Sequence record: OQ411014.1
DNA from: Escherichia phage EJP2
Direction: 5' to 3' (one strand)
DNA length: 64,000 nt
How positions within the stretch are numbered: the stretch's first letter is position 1; the number at the start of each line of letters is the position of its first letter. The position numbers were made by a program, and so were the translations under genes. The notes under the pieces are model-generated. The model searched no databases. It saw only the letters and a list, made by a program, of their open reading frames with translations, and was not told the origin of the DNA. Shown here one piece after another: positions 55,049-62,423 of this stretch.

Positions 55049-55077
55049 ATTATGCCAGTACTGGATAGTGCTGTCAA
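55049..55077 (-). promoter_or_regulatory. minus-strand type-II promoter inside repeated element
   Basis: reverse complement reads TTGACA-gcactatccagtactgg-CATAAT. Confidence 0.55.
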
Positions 55078-55121
55078 TACTTTTTTCTATTCAGTACTGA
55101 AAAAGTATTTGTAGAAAGTAC

Positions 55122-55149
55122 TTGCATAGTACTGAATAAAGCGTATAAT
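55122..55149 (+). promoter_or_regulatory. early-type promoter driving structured-RNA element
   Basis: TTGCAT-N16-TATAAT. Confidence 0.65.
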
Positions 55150-55156
55150 GTTTTAT

Positions 55157-55226
55157 ATCAGGACGGGGAAGAGATTCACTGTTAAGTAGTCTAGGTGTAA
55201 GACGTATGAAAAACACCCCTGATAAA
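55157..55226 (+). ncRNA. candidate small structured RNA / leader element (copy 1 of 3)
   Basis: atcaggacgggga ... cccctgat closing helix; conserved core gttaagtagtc.agg.gtaagac.ta.gaaaa; no ORF. Confidence 0.35.
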
Positions 55227-55241
55227 AGAATTAAAAAGTAC

Positions 55242-55305
55242 TAGACAGTAAGAAATAAAAAGCGTATAATGTTTTACATCGAGTAGGGGGAATGGTTCTC
55301 CTACC
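55242..55305 (+). promoter_or_regulatory. promoter + leader hairpin
   Basis: TAGACA-N17-TATAAT then gtaggggga-atgg-ttctcctac. Confidence 0.6.
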
Positions 55306-55324
55306 TAAATTAAGGAATTACAAA

Positions 55325-55924
55325 ATGAATACTATCGTTAAATCTTTCGCAGACCTGGACGCAGAACAGAAGATCGCAGCGGTTGAAATGTATACAGACC
55401 GTGAAAAAGATAGCTCGGAAGATTTCTTTTCCGAAGGTGTAGTGGAATATTACCGTGAAACGGTACTACCTGAATACGGCATAGATGAAGCTGAATTGCA
55501 ATACAGTGGTTTTTGGTCGCAAGGTGACGGTGCATCAATCAGTACTGACAGCGTGGACGCGGAGAAGTTTTTACGCAAGATTAAAGCGTTAACGAAATAT
55601 CGTTCTATCCGTCACTTGTTGAATGAAGATGATTTGGCAATGAGTGTAGAACGTTCACACTCTCGCTACGCACACGAAAACACGGTAAGCGGATACATTG
55701 AAACGGCGTACACTGATTTAACTGTAAAACAAGCGGCACTTGCTGATGACCTGGAAAACGTACTGACCGAAACTATCCGCGAATTGTCTTGTGAACTGTA
55801 CCGTGAACTTGAGAAGGCTTATGATGATTATTACAGTACTGAAAGCATGGTTAATCAAATCGAGGGTAATGGTTACCAGTTTGAAGTAAACGAAGATGGC
55901 GACGTGGTAGGGATTGAATACTAA
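55325..55924 (+). CDS. hypothetical acidic protein
   Basis: track ORF from 55292; ATG at 55325 follows RBS aaggaa (199 aa). Confidence 0.6.
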   Translation: MNTIVKSFADLDAEQKIAAVEMYTDREKDSSEDFFSEGVVEYYRETVLPEYGIDEAELQYSGFWSQGDGASISTDSVDAEKFLRKIKALTKYRSIRHLLNEDDLAMSVERSHSRYAHENTVSGYIETAYTDLTVKQAALADDLENVLTETIRELSCELYRELEKAYDDYYSTESMVNQIEGNGYQFEVNEDGDVVGIEY

Positions 55925-55932
55925 AAAAGTAC

Positions 55933-55994
55933 TTGCATAGTACTGAATAAGGCGTATAATGTTTTATATCGAGAGCGGGAACACTTCCCGCCTC
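55933..55994 (+). promoter_or_regulatory. early-type promoter + leader hairpin
   Basis: TTGCAT-N16-TATAAT then gagagcgggaa-cac-ttcccgcctc. Confidence 0.7.
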
Positions 55995-56017
55995 ACATTA
56001 AGAGGAATTAAAAAAAA

Positions 56018-56251
56018 ATGAGTACTATCTTAACCGTTTCTCAATCTGTTGCCCTGGCTGACTTGTTGAACGCTTTAAGCCGTTGTACTGAGGTTGGCTT
56101 GTTTGATGTGGTTGACGTTGCCCCTGATGTTATCAATCATTTTTGTGATGCAATGGCTGAATGCCAGGAAGATGATCGCCGTATGATGGCGGTAAACTTT
56201 GCGGAAGTCCAGCCGGGAGAGTTAAAAGGTTTACCGGAAGTTAAAAATTAG
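56018..56251 (+). CDS. hypothetical small acidic protein
   Basis: 77-aa ORF. Confidence 0.6.
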   Translation: MSTILTVSQSVALADLLNALSRCTEVGLFDVVDVAPDVINHFCDAMAECQEDDRRMMAVNFAEVQPGELKGLPEVKN

Positions 56252-56252
56252 T

Positions 56253-56314
56253 TTGACAGTACTATCAAATAGTGTATAATGTTTTATATCGAGAGCGGGA
56301 ATGGTTCCCGCCTC
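56253..56314 (+). promoter_or_regulatory. early-type promoter + leader hairpin
   Basis: TTGACA-N16-TATAAT then gagagcgggaa-tgg-ttcccgcctc; overlaps 3' end of upstream gene. Confidence 0.7.
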
Positions 56315-56335
56315 CAATTAAGAGAGATTAATATC

Positions 56336-56575
56336 ATGGCAACTACTAAAACTTACAACGGTTACAAAAACAAAACTCATTGGAACGTTTCTTTGTGGAT
56401 CAATAACGATGAATCATTGTACCGCCTGGCGAAAGAGTTTATCGACGATAACGCTAATCGTGAAGATGCAGCCCGTCAGATGATGCTCTTTCTGGAACAA
56501 ACTGGACAAGATAAAACACCGGACGGCTTTAAGTATAGTACTACTGCGATCCGTGCGGCAATGGTTGGAATGTAA
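56336..56575 (+). CDS. hypothetical small protein (paralog of 53840-54064)
   Basis: track ORF from 56279; ATG at 56336 (79 aa). Confidence 0.6.
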   Translation: MATTKTYNGYKNKTHWNVSLWINNDESLYRLAKEFIDDNANREDAARQMMLFLEQTGQDKTPDGFKYSTTAIRAAMVGM

Positions 56576-56584
56576 AAAAAAGAG

Positions 56585-56645
56585 TAGACAGTACTGAATA
56601 AAAGCGTATAATGTTTTATATCGAGAGCGGGAATGGTTCCCGCTA
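56585..56645 (+). promoter_or_regulatory. early-type promoter + leader hairpin
   Basis: TAGACA-N16-TATAAT then gagagcgggaa-tgg-ttcccgc. Confidence 0.65.
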
Positions 56646-56664
56646 CTAACCTGGAGTAATTGCA

Positions 56665-56850
56665 ATGCTGAATATTTTAATCGTTGATGAACATGGTAAA
56701 GAACTGGAATCATTTGAGTCTATGATCAATCCAATTGGTTCAAAGACTATCACTACTAATCTGGCTGTTTATGAATGTAATGAGTTTTCTGTTGACTTTA
56801 AACGCAATGAGATTGTAGTACACGTTCAAAATGATTTTATGAAATTTTAA
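56665..56850 (+). CDS. hypothetical small protein
   Basis: 61-aa ORF. Confidence 0.55.
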   Translation: MLNILIVDEHGKELESFESMINPIGSKTITTNLAVYECNEFSVDFKRNEIVVHVQNDFMKF

Positions 56851-56858
56851 AATAGTAC

Positions 56859-56920
56859 TTGCATAGTACTGAATAAGGCGTATAATGTTTTATATCGAGA
56901 GCGGGAATGGTTCCCGCCTC
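56859..56920 (+). promoter_or_regulatory. early-type promoter + leader hairpin
   Basis: TTGCAT-N16-TATAAT then gagagcgggaa-tgg-ttcccgcctc. Confidence 0.7.
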
Positions 56921-56939
56921 ACTATTAAGGAATACTACA

Positions 56940-57161
56940 ATGGCTAATATCACTACTCTTTCCCAACTTGAAGCACTGGTTAAATCTATGCGTGACCATG
57001 CCAATAGTATTGGTGTACAAGATCCGGCGGTATGTTTTTGTGACGAATTGAATGATGATACTTTAATCATTGCAGAAGTCCAGGACGTTTCCAACTATTC
57101 ATCGCGTTACACTGGCGACGTAGCAAATAAAGGTGACTTCTGTTTATACCTTACAAAATAA
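56940..57161 (+). CDS. hypothetical small protein
   Basis: track ORF from 56907; ATG at 56940 follows RBS aaggaa (73 aa). Confidence 0.6.
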   Translation: MANITTLSQLEALVKSMRDHANSIGVQDPAVCFCDELNDDTLIIAEVQDVSNYSSRYTGDVANKGDFCLYLTK

Positions 57162-57165
57162 TAAC

Positions 57166-57195
57166 AACGGGGATAATAACTCCCCGTTACTTTTT
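57166..57195 (+). terminator. rho-independent terminator
   Basis: aacgggga-taataac-tccccgtt followed by acttttt. Confidence 0.65.
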
Positions 57196-57266
57196 CAGTA
57201 CTGAATCATTTAATAGACGGATCTATGCACCCGGTGGGTTAGTGACTTTCTCGTCTTTATGTAGCT

Positions 57267-57295
57267 ATTATGCCAGTACTGGATTGTATTGTCAA
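57267..57295 (-). promoter_or_regulatory. minus-strand type-II promoter inside repeated element
   Basis: reverse complement reads TTGACA-atacaatccagtactgg-CATAAT. Confidence 0.55.
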
Positions 57296-57338
57296 GCATT
57301 TAAAGTACATTTATTTTAAAAAGAATATGAAGAAAGTA

Positions 57339-57396
57339 CTATACACGGCTGAATAAAAGCGTATAATGTTTTGCATAGGGGGAAACAACTTCCCCC
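57339..57396 (+). promoter_or_regulatory. promoter (weak -35) + leader hairpin
   Basis: TATAAT at 57362-57367; hairpin agggggaa-acaac-ttccccc. Confidence 0.5.
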
Positions 57397-57418
57397 ACTA
57401 ATTAAGAGAGAAATAAAA

Positions 57419-57625
57419 ATGGCTAAATGTACTATTTGTAATAAAGCAATTGTGCTAGTTCCTTCCGCTAGTGAACGTGCTAAACGTTATGGTGGCAAAG
57501 CGTCAGACTATACAAAAATGTTCACTACTCATACTGAATGTGCTATTAAAAAACGTTCAGAAGAAAGCACTGAATTAATGCGTCGAATTGTCGCGGAATC
57601 AAAAGCTAAAAAAGTACTTGCATAA
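57419..57625 (+). CDS. hypothetical small Cys/His protein
   Basis: track ORF from 57371; ATG at 57419 (68 aa); MAKCTICNK...HTEC. Confidence 0.55.
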   Translation: MAKCTICNKAIVLVPSASERAKRYGGKASDYTKMFTTHTECAIKKRSEESTELMRRIVAESKAKKVLA

Positions 57626-57673
57626 CTTATTCAGTACTGTACAATGTTTTTCAAAGGGGGAACAACTTCCCCC
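57617..57673 (+). promoter_or_regulatory. early-type promoter + leader hairpin
   Basis: TTGCAT-N16-TACAAT then agggggaa-caac-ttccccc; -35 lies in last codons of upstream gene. Confidence 0.65.
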
Positions 57674-57693
57674 GCTAATTAAGGAATAAGAAA

Positions 57694-57930
57694 ATGGCTG
57701 AACAAATTAAATCAACGTCTTCGAATGTGACGGGTACTGTAGCTCACTTTATCGGTGATGAATCGCGTGGTGTTCCCTATTGTGCGGTGCATGTAAACAC
57801 TGAGGGTAACTACTGGTTTACAGTTTACGGATCATATTCATTTGGACGACCTGGACACCAAAAAATCCTGGATAAAGTACAACCAACGGGTAAAAATATC
57901 ACTGCTGAAATGTTTTATAAAAAATCATAA
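57694..57930 (+). CDS. hypothetical small protein
   Basis: 78 aa; RBS aaggaataag. Confidence 0.6.
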   Translation: MAEQIKSTSSNVTGTVAHFIGDESRGVPYCAVHVNTEGNYWFTVYGSYSFGRPGHQKILDKVQPTGKNITAEMFYKKS

Positions 57931-57936
57931 AAGTAC

Positions 57937-57997
57937 TTGCATAACTTATTCAGTACTGTACAATGTTTTATATCGAGAGCGGGGAATACTTCCTCGC
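57937..57997 (+). promoter_or_regulatory. early-type promoter + leader hairpin variant
   Basis: TTGCAT-N16-TACAAT then gagagcggggaatacttcctcgcc. Confidence 0.6.
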
Positions 57998-58018
57998 CTT
58001 AACTAAAAGGATATACTA

Positions 58019-58318
58019 ATGAAAATTGCACTAATCGCCCTGGCCTTGTCTGTTTCCTCTTTCGCCGCTACTGCATCGCGTGATGTACCAACTGAAAAAT
58101 TTATTCAGTGCCAGGTTATCATGACAGACGAAAACACGGGCGGCATGTTTACCAAACCGCTTGAATTAAATCCGGCGATGTTTAAGGCGGGGATGTTCCA
58201 CGAAGAAGACGAAAAAGGCAGTACTACAATCTATTACGACGAACAACGTAAACGCGGCACTGTTACGGTAATGGATGAATCATCAGTTACCTTTACGGGG
58301 ATCATTACCTGTAAGTAA
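58019..58318 (+). CDS. putative secreted protein
   Basis: 99 aa; signal peptide MKIALIALALSVSSFAATA. Confidence 0.6.
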   Translation: MKIALIALALSVSSFAATASRDVPTEKFIQCQVIMTDENTGGMFTKPLELNPAMFKAGMFHEEDEKGSTTIYYDEQRKRGTVTVMDESSVTFTGIITCK

Positions 58319-58367
58319 TAAGGGGAATTATCATCATAACTTTCACTGGCGGTTAACAGTACTGAAT

Positions 58368-58389
58368 CATAGGGGGAATAGTTCCCCCT
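58368..58389 (+). promoter_or_regulatory. leader hairpin without obvious consensus promoter
   Basis: agggggaa-tag-ttccccct upstream of 58421. Confidence 0.35.
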
Positions 58390-58420
58390 TACTATATTAA
58401 ACATCAAAGGAGTAAAGGCA

Positions 58421-58690
58421 ATGGCTATCATCACGGCAAAGACTATCTATACTATTCAACATGGTAATCAGTCCTACCAGGTGGAAGGCGTGGAAGGTTT
58501 AAAACAGTACTGCGACGATATTATGGGCGGCCTGGTTGACCGTATGACGGCGGGGAATGTAGGCCATCATTTAACTGATAAGATGAATCAGCACGCTTTC
58601 TTGATGAAATCATTCGACGAGCTTGATCTAATCGTCGATACCGTTCGCAGTGTAAAACAGTATATTGATGATATAACCAAAGATGATTGA
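58421..58690 (+). CDS. hypothetical small protein (MAII- family)
   Basis: 89 aa; N-terminus MAIITAKTIYTIQ resembles 59639-59818. Confidence 0.55.
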   Translation: MAIITAKTIYTIQHGNQSYQVEGVEGLKQYCDDIMGGLVDRMTAGNVGHHLTDKMNQHAFLMKSFDELDLIVDTVRSVKQYIDDITKDD

Positions 58691-58709
58691 TAGTACTGTA
58701 AACGTGTAT

Positions 58710-58745
58710 AAGCCTGTAGAATCAATTCTACGGGCTTTTTTGTTT
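58710..58745 (+). terminator. rho-independent terminator
   Basis: gcctgtagaat-caa-ttctacgggc followed by T6. Confidence 0.7.
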
Positions 58746-58846
58746 TATATGATGTGTTAGCCTGGCTGGTGGCGTTAAGGCCGTTAGAATGCGATTGAGA
58801 GCGTCGAAAGTATTTTAAAAGTATTTTTAGAAAGTACTTGCACAGT

Positions 58847-58865
58847 ACTGATAAAAGCGTATAAT
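58847..58865 (+). promoter_or_regulatory. early-type promoter driving structured-RNA element
   Basis: TTGCAC-N16-TATAAT. Confidence 0.65.
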
Positions 58866-58872
58866 GTTTTAC

Positions 58873-58948
58873 ATCAGGACGGGGAAGCAAACTAGCTCAA
58901 CCGTTAAGTAGTCCAGGAGTAAGACATACGAAAACCTCCCCTGATAAA
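58873..58948 (+). ncRNA. candidate small structured RNA / leader element (copy 2 of 3)
   Basis: atcaggacgggga ... tcccctgat closing helix; conserved core. Confidence 0.35.
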
Positions 58949-58963
58949 GTACTAAAAAGTAGT

Positions 58964-58991
58964 TTGACAATAGAAAGTAAACGAGTATAAT
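58964..58991 (+). promoter_or_regulatory. sigma70-type promoter
   Basis: TTGACA-N16-TATAAT (tttgacaatagaaagtaaacgagtataat). Confidence 0.65.
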
Positions 58992-59024
58992 ACTCACATC
59001 AACTTAACGAAAGGAATAAAAAAA

Positions 59025-59252
59025 ATGGCTATCATCATCACTCGCGTATCTGGTACAGTTGGCAATGCGGTAGTAGTAGCGGTTATCACTAACAAGAAAG
59101 GTGCGGAACTGCATTTTGCAATGAATAACTGGTCAGTGAATGAGTTCGGGCAGTTCGCTAGTGTAGAATACATTGAAACCTATCAAGTACCGACTATTAG
59201 CTTAACTGATTTAGGTGTCGAGCGTATCCTTTGCCTGGATGAATTAAACTGA
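59025..59252 (+). CDS. hypothetical small protein (MAII- family)
   Basis: 75 aa; RBS aaaggaa. Confidence 0.55.
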   Translation: MAIIITRVSGTVGNAVVVAVITNKKGAELHFAMNNWSVNEFGQFASVEYIETYQVPTISLTDLGVERILCLDELN

Positions 59253-59262
59253 TAAAAAGTAC

Positions 59263-59319
59263 TTGCACAGTACTGAAAAAAGCGTATAATGTTTTATATA
59301 GGGGGAAACAACTTCCCCC
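59263..59319 (+). promoter_or_regulatory. early-type promoter + leader hairpin
   Basis: TTGCAC-N16-TATAAT then agggggaa-acaac-ttccccc. Confidence 0.7.
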
Positions 59320-59339
59320 GCTAATTAAGGAATAAGAAA

Positions 59340-59552
59340 ATGGCTAATATCTGCACTGTACTGAAAAATGCAAAACAAGTTTTATTTTCTGACCATGAAA
59401 ATTTTAATAAAGATATTACAGGCGTTAAGAATATCAAAGATGTAAAAAGTGCAATAGGTATCTATTGCAATATGAAACGTGTTGGAACGTTCGGTGACAA
59501 GGTACTATATCAGGCAGGGGATTACAATTTTACACTGACTATCATTAACTAA
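59340..59552 (+). CDS. hypothetical small protein
   Basis: 70-aa ORF. Confidence 0.55.
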   Translation: MANICTVLKNAKQVLFSDHENFNKDITGVKNIKDVKSAIGIYCNMKRVGTFGDKVLYQAGDYNFTLTIIN

Positions 59553-59571
59553 AAATATTATCACAGTACTA

Positions 59572-59600
59572 TTGACATAATTTGATAGTACTGACATAAT
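59572..59600 (+). promoter_or_regulatory. type-II promoter (TTGACA-N17-CATAAT)
   Basis: ttgacataatttgatagtactgacataat; no leader hairpin. Confidence 0.6.
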
Positions 59601-59638
59601 AACTTTTATCAAGTACATACTATTAAGGAATTTAAAAA

Positions 59639-59818
59639 ATGGCTATCATCGCAAAAACTGAGATTCAAGGCTTAGATTCTATCCTCCTGGCTTATGAGTC
59701 CGAGAAAGGTTTATATGTTGTTTCCTATGGTGATTATATTCGTGACTTTGAAGAAATTGATCAAGCCTTTGAATGCTACATTCGCCAGGTGAATAAAGCA
59801 TACGACGATTACCGGTAA
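59639..59818 (+). CDS. hypothetical small protein (59 aa, MAII- family)
   Basis: ATG after RBS aaggaa; not in ORF track. Confidence 0.45.
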   Translation: MAIIAKTEIQGLDSILLAYESEKGLYVVSYGDYIRDFEEIDQAFECYIRQVNKAYDDYR

Positions 59819-59836
59819 AATATTATCACAGTACTA

Positions 59837-59865
59837 TTGACATAGTTTGATAGTACTGACATAAT
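59837..59865 (+). promoter_or_regulatory. type-II promoter (TTGACA-N17-CATAAT)
   Basis: ttgacatagtttgatagtactgacataat. Confidence 0.6.
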
Positions 59866-59901
59866 AACTTTTATCGAGTGCAACTATTAAGGAATACTAA
59901 A

Positions 59902-60153
59902 ATGCAATCTATCAGTACTTTAATCGATGCAGGTTATGATGTTCGTCGTTCCATGATCGCGGTTAGTTCTTCCCAGGTCGTTCAAAGTGGTTATGTATGT
60001 TTTGTTGTTCGTGGTACATTACAGGAGCGAGCAATAAACCACGATGTAAAGAATAATTGCTCTTACATTGTATTCCGAAAAGTCAAATATAAACTTGATG
60101 TTCCCGTAAAGCCTATTAGCGGGGCGTACAACGTAGAATCATTAAAAGCGTAA
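59902..60153 (+). CDS. hypothetical small protein
   Basis: track ORF from GTG 59878; ATG at 59902 follows RBS aaggaa (83 aa). Confidence 0.55.
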   Translation: MQSISTLIDAGYDVRRSMIAVSSSQVVQSGYVCFVVRGTLQERAINHDVKNNCSYIVFRKVKYKLDVPVKPISGAYNVESLKA

Positions 60154-60221
60154 CAGCATAGCAGTACTGACCATTAACGCCGTAGCGGTCGATTTAGGCC
60201 GCTTATATTGAGGATTTAACT

Positions 60222-60611
60222 ATGAATACTAATCAAGTACTGAACGAAATCGAAAGCATCATTAAGCCGATGAAACGTGTTGATGCAATGCTAACACCGG
60301 AAGAAAGTCGCTTGTATGAGCGATACAGCGTCGAACAAGCCCAGGCGATGGCACGTATTCGCCCCGTTGCCAGTACTGACAAGGAAGATCCAACGTTAGC
60401 CATCCAAAAGAAGATCGACATCTTAGCGGCGAATATGTATATGATTGATGCGTCGCCAGGTAAAGTATTTGCGTATGATGATACAACTGAAAGCGATTTC
60501 TACTATAGCCTGGACGTGGGGGATCTTCCTATCGAGTCAGTGATTGAACATGTTGTAACTGTTGCTTATGATCATTTAGTTAAAAACAATGTTGACAGTA
60601 CTATCAAATAG
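60222..60611 (+). CDS. hypothetical protein
   Basis: 129 aa; RBS gaggat. Confidence 0.6.
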   Translation: MNTNQVLNEIESIIKPMKRVDAMLTPEESRLYERYSVEQAQAMARIRPVASTDKEDPTLAIQKKIDILAANMYMIDASPGKVFAYDDTTESDFYYSLDVGDLPIESVIEHVVTVAYDHLVKNNVDSTIK

Positions 60612-60654
60612 CGTATAATGTTTTACATCGAGAGCGGGAATACTTCCCGCCTCA
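60592..60654 (+). promoter_or_regulatory. early-type promoter + leader hairpin
   Basis: TTGACA-N16-TATAAT then gagagcgggaa-tac-ttcccgcctc; promoter embedded in 3' end of upstream CDS. Confidence 0.7.
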
Positions 60655-60674
60655 CTAATTAAGGAATTAAAATT

Positions 60675-60908
60675 ATGATGCACATCCTTACTCTTACTCT
60701 GAATCACAAAACTTATGAAACTATCCTCGTCATCTCTGAGTCGCAGGAAAAGGTACGTGATCACGCGGCGAAAGTAATGCAGGCATTCAGTGAACGTTAT
60801 CCTACATGGGATCGTGATTATAGTATGTTACACATTGCCGATGGCAACGCGATAATGGTCCAGGACGTGCCAAATCACGGGGCTGAATCAGTACTAGTTT
60901 TATTTTAA
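60675..60908 (+). CDS. hypothetical small protein
   Basis: 77 aa; RBS aaggaa. Confidence 0.6.
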   Translation: MMHILTLTLNHKTYETILVISESQEKVRDHAAKVMQAFSERYPTWDRDYSMLHIADGNAIMVQDVPNHGAESVLVLF

Positions 60909-60916
60909 AATAGTAC

Positions 60917-60978
60917 TTGCATAGTACTGAAAAAAGCGTATAATGTTTTATATCGAGAGCGGGAATAGTTCCCGCCTT
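60917..60978 (+). promoter_or_regulatory. early-type promoter + leader hairpin
   Basis: TTGCAT-N16-TATAAT then gagagcgggaa-tag-ttcccgcc. Confidence 0.7.
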
Positions 60979-60996
60979 AACTAAAAGGGTAACATC

Positions 60997-61209
60997 ATGC
61001 AAGGTCAACTAATCGTTCGTAAATGGTCTGATACTAACGCTAAACCGTGGGATGTACAATACATCGCCCCAAATGGTGAATCCAGATATCAACCAGGTGT
61101 AACGCATAGTACTGAGCAATTCGCCGCCGCTCATCGCGAACGTCTGTTACAATCAATTCAGCAAGGTTCCGGTGAAAAATTCATTCAGGATCATTGGCTG
61201 AAAGATTAA
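60997..61209 (+). CDS. hypothetical small protein
   Basis: 70-aa ORF. Confidence 0.6.
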   Translation: MQGQLIVRKWSDTNAKPWDVQYIAPNGESRYQPGVTHSTEQFAAAHRERLLQSIQQGSGEKFIQDHWLKD

Positions 61210-61227
61210 CAAAAAAAGATTAAAAAA

Positions 61228-61258
61228 GGGATTGACTCCGGTCAGTCCTTTTTGCTAT
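61228..61258 (+). terminator. rho-independent terminator (cassette family)
   Basis: gggattgac-tccg-gtcagtcc followed by T5. Confidence 0.65.
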
Positions 61259-61351
61259 TATATACGCATCGAAACAATCTAGCCCACCGGGTGCATAAAT
61301 GTATCTTTTTTTTGCTGGTGGCTAGTACTGAAAACTATTTTTAAAAAGTAC

Positions 61352-61379
61352 TTGCATTGTACTTAGAATAAAGTATAAT
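61352..61379 (+). promoter_or_regulatory. early-type promoter driving structured-RNA element
   Basis: TTGCAT-N16-TATAAT. Confidence 0.6.
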
Positions 61380-61387
61380 GTTTTACA

Positions 61388-61461
61388 TCAGGACGGGGAA
61401 CGAAACAAGTAACCCCGTTAAGTAGTCCAGGAGTAAGACATACGAAAACCTCCCCTGATAA
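61388..61461 (+). ncRNA. candidate small structured RNA / leader element (copy 3 of 3)
   Basis: atcaggacgggga ... tcccctgat closing helix; inner stem acgggg/ccccgt. Confidence 0.35.
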
Positions 61462-61467
61462 AATAGT

Positions 61468-61495
61468 TTGACAATAGAAATTAAACGAGTATAAT
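61468..61495 (+). promoter_or_regulatory. sigma70-type promoter
   Basis: TTGACA-N16-TATAAT (tttgacaatagaaattaaacgagtataat). Confidence 0.65.
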
Positions 61496-61527
61496 ACTTA
61501 CATCAACTACTGTTAAGGAAACATAAA

Positions 61528-61803
61528 ATGCGGATTCTACTGACAGCTAACGAAATCGAACAAGTACTGACTACTAACCTGGAAGACTGGAAACGTGAAG
61601 CAGATATCCAGGCGGTTCAATTGCTTAACGATAAGTTAACGCCGGATGACTTAAGCAAAATTGTAGATCCTCAATTCTACGAAGATATCCACGACACCGC
61701 GTTAAGCGTCGAGGATGTACTTGATAAGCATTTTATTGATATTGATTTGCAGGTTTACGGTCGTAAAAACTTTATCACTATCCACGACATTTACAATAAT
61801 TAA
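61528..61803 (+). CDS. hypothetical small acidic protein
   Basis: 91-aa ORF. Confidence 0.6.
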   Translation: MRILLTANEIEQVLTTNLEDWKREADIQAVQLLNDKLTPDDLSKIVDPQFYEDIHDTALSVEDVLDKHFIDIDLQVYGRKNFITIHDIYNN

Positions 61804-61805
61804 GT

Positions 61806-61866
61806 ATTGACAAAGTATCTTAGTACTGTATAATAGTTTACATCAAGGGGGGAATGGTTCCCCTCA
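61806..61866 (+). promoter_or_regulatory. promoter + leader hairpin
   Basis: TTGACA-N16-TATAAT then aggggggaa-tgg-ttcccct. Confidence 0.65.
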
Positions 61867-61883
61867 AGTCCAGGAGATACACC

Positions 61884-62147
61884 ATGAACGCTATTGAAAT
61901 CACTATTAATGCACACGTATACGACAACGTAGTACTGCAAACTACTATGACCGCCAATGATAGCAGTACTTTGCGAAATACTGTTATCAGTGCCGTTTGT
62001 GCTGCTGTTGGTGATGTAGCACTGGAGAACGCACAACATATTAACCAGGCCTTTACTATGTGCAAGCGTGATAACTCAAAACATATTATCGTCGAAGGTG
62101 TAGGCGGTGTTGAATTTAACGTATACATGAAAAAGGTAACAGCATGA
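61884..62147 (+). CDS. hypothetical small protein
   Basis: track ORF from 61854; ATG at 61884 follows RBS aggaga (87 aa). Confidence 0.55.
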   Translation: MNAIEITINAHVYDNVVLQTTMTANDSSTLRNTVISAVCAAVGDVALENAQHINQAFTMCKRDNSKHIIVEGVGGVEFNVYMKKVTA

Positions 62148-62335
62148 CCGTCGATGAAGTCCGCAAAGTACTGGCAGCGTTACGCTATCATAATCATAGC
62201 AAGGTCATAAATGATCCTGATTATGTTGATTCAAGCCTGGAGGAAGACACCTTGAACGCGATTAGCTATATGCAAACGTTACTGAAGCGTATGACTGAGA
62301 AGAATAGATCTGATTTCATCGGTGATAAAATTTAA
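62144..62335 (+). CDS. hypothetical small protein
   Basis: 63 aa; ATGA overlap with upstream gene. Confidence 0.55.
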   Translation: MTVDEVRKVLAALRYHNHSKVINDPDYVDSSLEEDTLNAISYMQTLLKRMTEKNRSDFIGDKI

Positions 62336-62342
62336 AAAGTAC

Positions 62343-62405
62343 TTGCACAGTACTGATAAAAGCGTATAATGTTTTATATCGAGAGCGGGAATACTTCCCG
62401 CCTCA
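62343..62405 (+). promoter_or_regulatory. early-type promoter + leader hairpin
   Basis: TTGCAC-N16-TATAAT then gagagcgggaa-tac-ttcccgcctc. Confidence 0.7.
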
Positions 62406-62423
62406 CTATTAAGGGATAACAAA

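Noticed and set aside
55157-55226. tRNA or tmRNA identity for the ~70-nt promoter-driven elements
   Set aside because: No T-loop consensus (GTTCRANYC), no D-loop features and no CCA context; the helices do not fit a cloverleaf.
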